Below, one piece after another: positions 42,569-50,439 of a stretch of 64,000 nt of DNA (its first letter is position 1; the number at the start of each line of letters is the position of its first letter). Source of the DNA: a virus. The position numbers and the translations under genes were made by a program. Below the pieces are notes generated by a model, which saw only the letters and a list, made by a program, of their open reading frames with translations, was not told the DNA's origin and did no database searches. The stretch spans positions 1 through 64,000 of the IMG/VR virus record IMGVR_UViG_3300019776_000550, one strand, 5' to 3'.

Positions 42569-44500
42569 TTAAAATAGTTTTAATTGATTTTTGTTAACTT
42601 TTTTATTCTTACTTTTATAATCTTGTTCAATATCATCAATAAGCTTTTGAGCTTCTTGAATATAATATCTAAAATCTATATCAGTAGGAAAATCATCAGG
42701 TAATCTGTTAATTAATTCTACATTAAATCCTGAAACTATTTGAGATATTCTACCATCTTCAAATACTTTTTTAAGTTTCTTATAAGATTTAGCTACATAA
42801 AATCTAACAGTTCTTGATACTTCTTCTTCTTGAATAGAAACACCGTTATAAACTTGAATAACAAGTTTATCTTTTTTGTTACAACGTTCTTTTAAACAAA
42901 ACTTTTTAATATCATAACAAGTTGTTATAGTTTCTCTAATAGAAATATTGTTTACAAAATAGTTAATAGCTGCAATTACACTAATTTGATTGCTATAATC
43001 TTTATGATAAGGGTCAGGTACTGAATCTGATTTTAAATCAGGTACATAAGCTCCTTTGTACTTATATTTATTTTCTTTAGTTATAGCAAAATAATTATTT
43101 ACATCTCTAATAAACATGGCTTTATAAAAAACTTCTTCTAATTCCATGTTAAAAAAAGATTCCCATTGATTACATATCTTTCTAAAATTGTCAATTTGAT
43201 TATTATTAACATAAACGGTAATACCATCTGTATTAGCTTGTATAATTTGACAATCTTCTATTTCTGATATATCTTCTAATAACTTTAATAATCTAAGTTG
43301 ACCATTAATAGTTACTTTAAATGTACACGCAATATCATACAAAAAACTATACTTATCCTTAAATTTGCCATAAACACTATTAAGTGCTTTTTTATAAGTA
43401 TCAGATTGAATTTTAGCATTTTTATCACTTTTAATAAGTGATTTATTTTGCTTTCTCCAAGTAACTTGTGATTTAGCAACTTTAAGAAAAGATTCTTTAT
43501 TAAGATGTTCAGGCACTGCTTCTAAATCTATATAAAGTGAAGGATATAGTGATGCTACATCTACATCAATTATACTATGAGTAGAAGACTCTTTGAAAAC
43601 ACCTTTTAAAGAACCATGAATACCACCTTTTTTAACATCTAATTTAAGTTCTTTAATATATACATCAAATGCAACTTTATTTTCAATGCTATCTTTATTA
43701 TCATTGCTATTATAAATAACAACTTTTTTAAGTTCGTGTTGAAGTTCTTTTAAATGATTTTGTTTAAAGTTGATATGTTGTATTATATCTTTTAAATTAA
43801 CAAAATCTCTATTAGTTCTTCTTTGTAGAACTTCTTGTGGGTTCTCATTTGTTTCTTTACAATAATAATATAAAAAAAGATGTTCTCCTAACTTAGAATC
43901 TGACCAATTAATACAATCTAAATTTGTATTTTGTTTGATATTTTGTCTAAGTCTTATGTTATCAACCATTTTTAAGAAAAACTGATAAGTAGCTTGAACA
44001 TCATTAAGATTGTATTCAAGTATTTTATTTTGTTCTTCTATCTTTGTAATTGTAGAAGTATAATGATAAGGCATATCTTCTACATTAGGCAATTCTAAAG
44101 CAACTTCTAATTGTTTTAAAGAAGTTCTTCTTGCTGGATTATCAAAATGAGCTATACTAAATACATCAATCTGACTAAATATAGGATTTCTAATCCTATT
44201 GAATTTAGGAGTTTCGGTATTTACAAGTCTTTGACTTTCTTTATATAACAAATCATTCATTTCTTCTAATGGGAGATTACCAACTATATTGAAAAGATAA
44301 TCTAAAAGTGGATAATCATAGTTTAAGTTATTAAAACCTATACCTATTATACCACTATTTACAAAATCTTTATATTCTTGATAATCATTATTAAATATAG
44401 ATAAGGTGAAGCTTTTAACTTCACCTGTATCTATATCTAACCACGTTGAACAATGAAAATTTTTAAATTGCTCAATATCATATACCCAAATATTTCTCAT
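42569..44500 (-). CDS. Family B DNA polymerase with 3'-5' exonuclease domain
   Basis: VYDIE, GFNNLNYD, YNLNDV exonuclease motifs; DVASLYPS, KKALNSVYGK, NTDGI polymerase motifs. Confidence 0.92.
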   Translation of the reverse strand: MRNIWVYDIEQFKNFHCSTWLDIDTGEVKSFTLSIFNNDYQEYKDFVNSGIIGIGFNNLNYDYPLLDYLFNIVGNLPLEEMNDLLYKESQRLVNTETPKFNRIRNPIFSQIDVFSIAHFDNPARRTSLKQLEVALELPNVEDMPYHYTSTITKIEEQNKILEYNLNDVQATYQFFLKMVDNIRLRQNIKQNTNLDCINWSDSKLGEHLFLYYYCKETNENPQEVLQRRTNRDFVNLKDIIQHINFKQNHLKELQHELKKVVIYNSNDNKDSIENKVAFDVYIKELKLDVKKGGIHGSLKGVFKESSTHSIIDVDVASLYPSLYIDLEAVPEHLNKESFLKVAKSQVTWRKQNKSLIKSDKNAKIQSDTYKKALNSVYGKFKDKYSFLYDIACTFKVTINGQLRLLKLLEDISEIEDCQIIQANTDGITVYVNNNQIDNFRKICNQWESFFNMELEEVFYKAMFIRDVNNYFAITKENKYKYKGAYVPDLKSDSVPDPYHKDYSNQISVIAAINYFVNNISIRETITTCYDIKKFCLKERCNKKDKLVIQVYNGVSIQEEEVSRTVRFYVAKSYKKLKKVFEDGRISQIVSGFNVELINRLPDDFPTDIDFRYYIQEAQKLIDDIEQDYKSKNKKVNKNQLKLF

Positions 44501-44502
44501 AA

Positions 44503-44968
44503 TTACTGATTTAGTGATTGATAAACTTCAAACACTCCAAGTTTTTCTAATAAAACTCGTAAAGGTTCTCCACCAAAAGAAAATCGTGTATGATTCCATG
44601 ATATTTCTAATGATTCATGTTCGTCGAGATGTACAACAAAATAATTAGATTTATTAAGAATTATACTATTTACAGTATATTCTTTATTTTCTATTATAGG
44701 TAATTCTCCTGATGCTATAATCATAGAAATTATATCATCAGGAATACCTTTATCATTTGTACAAACTACTTTTAATTCACTACTAGGCTTAATTATCATC
44801 TAAATCCTTTTTGACACCTATGATAATTAAAACTAATACTGTTCCATAGATTAAACCATGTATTACAGCTAATGTTGGATTATGCTGAATAGCATAAATT
44901 GTATCTGTAATCCATAAAAACAGCACTAGTGTTAATGCTGCCAAGAATAAGCTCATAATAGTTTTCAT
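44503..44968 (-). CDS. Hypothetical ORF (44503-44799) and a 59-aa two-TM membrane protein (44789-44968, not in track)
   Basis: MKTIMSLFLAALTLVLFLW...VLIIIGVKKDLDDN* read by hand. Confidence 0.5.
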
Positions 44969-45052
44969 TATTAAAATTATTATTGGTTACTGATTAATTA
45001 ACTGCTGTAATTTAACAATAAAAAGGGAGTTTTTCAACTCCCTTTGATTTAA

Positions 45053-45886
45053 TTATGCGTTGATTTCTGTTAACATACCAAGATTACGAACTGCATATTG
45101 GTTTTGTAACCACTCTTGAAATTCAGCATTAAACAATGCACCTTGTTTTACTGCAACAGGAACACTATCAGCAGGGATAACATCATCATGCTTAAATTCA
45201 GCATTATTTTTCAATTCATTTGCTCTAAAACCTGCTAAAGACGCTTGTATGTCAGTAGTAGGTCTTACTACTAATGTAGTAAATTGAAAAATGAGTTTAT
45301 TATTTAATAACAAAACATCACCTCCTTTACCACTACGCTTGGGTTCAAGTGTAATCAAACCTGTTGTGGTAAGCTGTGGCATTTGAAGAGTTGTTGTGTT
45401 ATTACGAACAATATACGTAACAAAATTCTTCTTTACTAAACTTTCACTAAAGTTAAATCCATCTTTAATACCATTAGCTTCACAAAAAGCCAATGTTGTA
45501 GTTTGCCAAAAATACTTTTGGCGACTTGAATTTGACACTCTACCCATTAGGAAATAACCTAACAGACTAGAACTGTCTTCAATTTCATCACTTGATTCAA
45601 CATTTTGAGTAAACTCAAGTTGAAACGTAAGTGCATTAATACATGTAATACGTTTTTCTTCTTTTGAAGAATTTACAAATGCAGCATTAGGTTCTGCATT
45701 AAATATTTGTTTATATACAAAACCAAGTTCTTCATGGCTTTTATCAATAAACAAAGCATTTTTACTGGCTTTGATTTCTTCATAAGAAGTCATTCCAGTA
45801 GCTGCAATAGTAGGTTTTGTTATTTTAACTTTGTTAACAATAACTGGATTTGTGATTTCGAACGGATTTGAAATTTCAGTTGACAT
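45053..45886 (-). CDS. Hypothetical early protein
   Basis: 277-aa ORF followed by a terminator hairpin at ~45020-45046. Confidence 0.6.
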   Translation of the reverse strand: MSTEISNPFEITNPVIVNKVKITKPTIAATGMTSYEEIKASKNALFIDKSHEELGFVYKQIFNAEPNAAFVNSSKEEKRITCINALTFQLEFTQNVESSDEIEDSSSLLGYFLMGRVSNSSRQKYFWQTTTLAFCEANGIKDGFNFSESLVKKNFVTYIVRNNTTTLQMPQLTTTGLITLEPKRSGKGGDVLLLNNKLIFQFTTLVVRPTTDIQASLAGFRANELKNNAEFKHDDVIPADSVPVAVKQGALFNAEFQEWLQNQYAVRNLGMLTEINA

Positions 45887-45939
45887 AGTTTGATTTATTT
45901 AAGTTGGTTTGAAAAAAAAAAAAAAAAAAATATAAGATG

Positions 45940-47266
45940 TTAATATACTACATTGTTCAATCTCAATGATTTAAGATTTTGTTTCTTAATCCATTGTGAA
46001 TTATTGAGAACAGATAAAATCTGTTTACGTGCGTCATAATATGACTTAGCATGTACAGATATGACAAATTCATATCTAGTATTTCCAAACTGTTTATCTT
46101 TACTTTCTGTTTCTCTACCTGTATAACTACAAGTATTTACTTTAGAAATTGAAATTTGTTTACCAAATAAATCTACAATACCCGTGTATATCATAATTTA
46201 AAATAATTGTTTTCAATTTCTTTTTCATATTCAACATGTTCAATAGCTTGTTCTATGTTATGAGGACATGTACTTTGTACTCTTTGATTGTTTCTCACAA
46301 TCATTTTAAGAGTATTACGTAGATGATTGATGTCCATAGCATCAATATCTACATATTTTCCATCTTTAGTTCTCCAATATACTTTTTCCATTGTCATAAA
46401 TTTTTTAAAAAGGAAGTGATTTTTCACTTCCTTTTGTTTGATTTACATCAACCACTTATTTGCATTTTGTTGATGGTATTCAACCATCAAGTTAGCTTTT
46501 TGTGGATTCAAATAAATCCACATTTGCTTCGCCGTTTTGTACTCATCGTACACTTTCTTTGCATTTATGCAAGTAAATTCGTACATGTCAATAACATGTA
46601 CAACTTGCTCTACGTTTTCTCCTCCTGCTGCTTTAGGAAGAGTGAAGTAGAATACCATTTCTCCTATACAAGCGGCAATTTGAAAATTGCCCTTGCAGAA
46701 AATCTTTCCTGTTGGAAATACAGCGGTGAAATTTAATTCACCATTTCCAAACGTCTTTGTGATTTTAATTCCGTTAATGTTATTCATGTTCTTCTATGTT
46801 TAGTGATGTTAAAAATGAAACCATACCCACGATACATAAGTTGTATGTGGCAAAAAATAATTTAACATAAGAGACATGAATGTCTATTACATTAAAAAAT
46901 AAATATTCTGCTAATATCAATAACACATATATAAAAAGTGTCATTAATATTATAAAAATTAATCTTGTTATTTTCATTTTTTTTTTGTGATTAAAATAAA
47001 ATATTCCTATTCAGTAAAACTAAATAGGAATATAATCATTTGTCCATCATTTATCTGAAATATACGAAAATGTCGTCGTATATTTCAGATACAACCACTA
47101 CTGCTCCAATAAGAGCAAACATTAGACCGCCACCTATTAAATAGGCGACTGACATTATTACTTCATGGTAATTAATGTCAAATATAAGACTGATAAAGGC
47201 TGCAGGAATTACGAATAGAATAGACCATACAGCTACAAATCCAATAAGACAAATTAATGCTTTCAT
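45940..47266 (-). CDS. Cluster of small early ORFs (45940-46194, 46191-46427, 46443-46787, 46780-46977, 47051-47266)
   Basis: Small co-oriented ORFs; the last two are hydrophobic two-TM proteins. Confidence 0.55.
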
Positions 47267-47298
47267 TTTATTTTTTTTTTTTTTAAGGTTTATGTTCT

Positions 47299-47369
47299 TT
47301 TTTCTTCACTCTGCTTTTTACAAGGACTTGTGACCTTCTATATTAAATATAGGTAGCATTAAAGAAAAA
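47299..47369 (-). ncRNA. Twister ribozyme (type P1, with P3)
   Basis: Minus strand: UUUUUCUU UAA UGCU AC CUAUA-UUUAA-UAUAG AAGG UCACAAGU CCUU GUAAAA AGCA GAGUG AAGAAAAA. P1, P2, P3 and P4 pair; both pseudoknots (CAC/GUG and AC/GU) pair. Confidence 0.9.
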
Positions 47370-47406
47370 GCATCTATTCTCCCAACAGATGCTTTGAATA
47401 GTTGTG

Positions 47407-47547
47407 CTACACTTTTACACAACTAAGAATCAAGGAACTTTCATCCTTAATAATAGAAATAGCTTCCATAACAGAAGAAGCTTCAATTTCCATATTAAGA
47501 ACAATAATTCCTGTTCTCAGACGGTAACTTACTAAATACTTGTTCAT
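47407..47547 (-). CDS. Small early ORF (46 aa, not in track)
   Basis: MNKYLVSYRLRTG...LSCVKV*. Confidence 0.55.
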   Translation of the reverse strand: MNKYLVSYRLRTGIIVLNMEIEASSVMEAISIIKDESSLILSCVKV

Positions 47548-47580
47548 AGTATTAGGTTTAAATGTAAGAAAATAGAATTA

Positions 47581-47751
47581 CTATTGAATTTTAATAATTC
47601 CGTCATAATCTACGGAATATATCAAAAATCTTTTATCTCTTATCTCTCTCCAGATAGAAGCATTTTTCAGAGTTTTTAATCTTTCTAACGCATCTTCTAA
47701 TGATTCAAACCATATATATTCATAGTCTGAATTAAATATAAAGTATTCCAT
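47581..47751 (-). CDS. Small early ORF (56 aa, not in track)
   Basis: MEYFIFNSDYEYIWFESLEDALERL...IIKIQ*. Confidence 0.55.
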   Translation of the reverse strand: MEYFIFNSDYEYIWFESLEDALERLKTLKNASIWREIRDKRFLIYSVDYDGIIKIQ

Positions 47752-47824
47752 AATAAACAATTAAAAATGAATAAAACAGAATTGTGACAGTTTCTAAGAT
47801 AACTGACAAAACTTATTGTTTGCA

Positions 47825-48240
47825 TTACAATATTGTAACACCTGTTAAAACTCTTGAAGTTGTATTATTTACAACTTCATAAAATTCCCAAACCATGTCT
47901 CCATTGTTATAATTAAACATAGAGACATAAATAGAATTAGAATCATAACATTCTAATTCTATAAATTCTTTCCATGCTTTTTCCAAACCATTTTCATGGT
48001 TTGTATGAGTTGGGAAAAATTCAATAAATTTCAATTCTTTCAACATAAATCTTCTATTTTTAAATCTAAAACTGGAAGTTCTTTTACTATTTTGTAATAA
48101 TAACTTTCTGAGTCATCAGTAGGTTGATTATTAACAAAATTCTGAACTTTTTCTAAGTCTTTTTCTTGTATCTTACCTAGTAAGATATTTTCATCACAGT
48201 GTCCTTTACCGTGATAATAATATTTGAATAAATACATCAT
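47825..48240 (-). CDS. Two small early ORFs (47825-48046, 48040-48240)
   Basis: ORF track; poly-A run immediately before the 48240 start. Confidence 0.55.
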
Positions 48241-48544
48241 TTTTTTTTTTTTGATTTAATTACACAGCTTAAAATAAAATAATTACAATTGTATGATTTA
48301 ATGCAAGTAGTTTGATTAACTTCTCGGAACTAACTTTCATAAGAATTTCTTCTTATAACCAGTACATCCTTTGCACATACAATTGTAATTAATTGTTTTT
48401 AAATGTTCGGTTGTGTCTGTTTTGTATATCACAACTTTATCTTACACATCTATTGAGAAACCTCCAATGTCTCAAATGTTTTTCAATGTGTAAACCAGAT
48501 GCTTTACTTCAAACATTTCAAAGCTTCAATGGAGTTTGTAAGCT

Positions 48545-48670
48545 TTGAATAACAATGACCTTTTAACTTACATGATTTTCTCATGTAAAACTTTTATAAA
48601 AGTAGTTTCAAGATTTATTTAGACACGTTTATCTCATCATCAGATTGTTTTCGTGTATATTTTAATTCAA
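48545..48670 (-). ncRNA. Hammerhead ribozyme, type I
   Basis: Minus strand: AACAAU CUGAUGA U GAGAU-loop-AUCUU GAAA C...GUC AUUGUU. Stem I AACAAU/AUUGUU extends via UUGAAU/AUUCAA. Stem-I bulge ACACG is complementary to loop-II CGUGU. Confidence 0.85.
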
Positions 48671-49030
48671 AACTTAATAATAAAACAACAACTCTAGGTG
48701 TACATATCATAGGTAGTGAGCCTATGTACATATTTTTCACAGTTGAGCGTTGTTGCTTTATTATCTACTTCTAATAACATCAGTTGTCTTTTGTTATTAG
48801 ATTCACCTTCTGTTCACTCTAAGCAAGTACGTGTTATTGTATTAACACAATGCGATATGAGCATAAACAGTTTTCATCTCCTTATTTAAGGGAAACTAGG
48901 TTAGTCAAAAAAAAAAGAAGTAGTTTATTCTTTCAGATGTCTTTTAAAAAGACGGAAAGATGGACACAGCTGACATTGTAAGCAGTCCTACTTCTTTTAC
49001 GTAATCCTACCATCATGTCACTAGGTAGGT

Positions 49031-49095
49031 TTCCCACTCAACCTTCTATCATTATGATAGCTAACCCTTGTGAAGTTAGAATGAGGTTTTAAGAA
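49031..49095 (-). ncRNA. Putative variant twister ribozyme (type P1, with P5)
   Basis: Minus strand: UUCU UAA AACC UC AUU CUAAC UUCACAAGG GUUAG CUAUCA-UAA-UGAUAG AA GGUU GAGUG GGAA. L4 has one extra U and P1 is short. Confidence 0.6.
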
Positions 49096-49149
49096 TCGTT
49101 AGTTTTATTCTGTTGCCAAGAAAAACTAACAAAAAACTCCGAATCTTAT

Positions 49150-49500
49150 TCAGTCGCAGAGTTCAGACCTAACACAACCTGAATGTGCAAATGGAAATCC
49201 ATCATACATTCCACCTCCGCAATGACTACAAGTAGTCTCTGCAAAAGTGTCATGGATTTTTTCCATTGCTTCATTGGTTGCTGGTTCAGACATCAACTCT
49301 AGCAATACTTTCCTTAAATCATAAGGATTATGGACTTTGTAAGTATTATGCTCACAATCCATAGCGTATGCAGAGTCAATATTCTCATGCGTTATGTTTA
49401 TACACTTATTATTGTAATAAGCTGATAAGCAATAAACATGAGGTAGTCTGTGACCATTAAAGTCTAAACCAAACTGCTCTACAAGGACTAATTCTGTCAT
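49150..49500 (-). CDS. Small early protein with C-terminal CxxC
   Basis: Likely start MTELVL at 49500; CSHC...H..C motif. Confidence 0.5.
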   Translation of the reverse strand: MTELVLVEQFGLDFNGHRLPHVYCLSAYYNNKCINITHENIDSAYAMDCEHNTYKVHNPYDLRKVLLELMSEPATNEAMEKIHDTFAETTCSHCGGGMYDGFPFAHSGCVRSELCD

Positions 49501-49642
49501 TGTTTTACAATTTAATTTAAAAAGTTTTTCTACTAACATAACTTCTAGTAGATAAAGTGATACTAATTACCTGTTGATTCTCAAGATGTATCAAGTCTTG
49601 ATTCCTTATACTCAGTTAGCAGGTTCTGAGTTTAGGATTGAG

Positions 49643-50008
49643 TTACAGAGTAACCACTTTCTCTCTCAAATTACGAGAGACATGGTTTCTCAATGTCTGC
49701 AAATCTGCCTGTTCTTTACAGACAAACTCTCCATTTGCTTCTCTAACAAGAGTAGCAATAATAGGAAAGTTCCCTGTAAGTCCATGCAGTGCTACTAATA
49801 CCATAGTAGCTAATGCAGACATTCCTGGAACTGCTACCGTAACAACAGTATTACTTTCAACCCCTAAAGATTGAAGATACTTTGTTACAGCTTCCAAATT
49901 TTCCCCAAATGGTTTTTCAGGGTTAATTTGAACAGTTCCATGAAACTCAAATCCTAATTCATCAAGACTCTTGTTAAAGTGTCCTGACAAGTTAAGTTTC
50001 TTGTTCAT
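49643..50008 (-). CDS. Csx15-like (type III CRISPR accessory, CARF-related) protein
   Basis: LNLSGH...PGMSALATMVLVALHGLTGNFPII...F...DLQTLR...R resembles my recollection of the Csx15 consensus (NFSH..PGL..A..LAELHGR.G.FP...NLQ..R). Likely ATG at 50008. Confidence 0.65.
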   Translation of the reverse strand: MNKKLNLSGHFNKSLDELGFEFHGTVQINPEKPFGENLEAVTKYLQSLGVESNTVVTVAVPGMSALATMVLVALHGLTGNFPIIATLVREANGEFVCKEQADLQTLRNHVSRNLREKVVTL

Positions 50009-50196
50009 TTTTAAGGAACGTAGGAAACTAATGTGTTCTATTCTAAGTAAGAACACTTAACTTGCAACCACTAAAGTAGGTTACTTTCACTTTGTAGCAT
50101 ATTTAAAAATCTGGAGGTAATGCTACTTAACCTCACTGTTAGCTTTTTATATAAAAAAGCTAAAAAAACAAAAACAAAAAGAAAAAAAAGCTAGGA

Positions 50197-50427
50197 TTAA
50201 CCTAGCTTGAATTTCTGGATGATAGCGTCTAACACGCTATCAGCAACACCGTAACCATTTGCGTATTCAATAACACTGACTTCTGCATCAGTGAATTTCT
50301 CCGCGATACATATTAACGTTTGCGAAGCTTTTGACAGCTTCTCGTAAATTTCGTCGGTGACTTCCACACCTTTTCTGCCCGATACCTTTCTATCGGTATC
50401 TTTAACATCTAACTTTATCTGAGCCAT
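50197..50427 (-). CDS. First gene of the leftward (early) unit, hypothetical
   Basis: 76-aa ORF with an overlapping terminator-like hairpin at its 3' end. Confidence 0.6.
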   Translation of the reverse strand: MAQIKLDVKDTDRKVSGRKGVEVTDEIYEKLSKASQTLICIAEKFTDAEVSVIEYANGYGVADSVLDAIIQKFKLG

Positions 50428-50439
50428 TTTCTTTTTTGT

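Noticed and set aside
48300-48375. Additional hammerhead (CUGGUUA...GAAA...UC)
   Set aside because: Core positions A6 and G8 are wrong and stems I and III do not close correctly; kept only as an unknown structure.
50060-50135. Pistol ribozyme
   Set aside because: It has a hairpin-loop pseudoknot but lacks the pistol linker, the P2/P3 arrangement and the GU cleavage junction.
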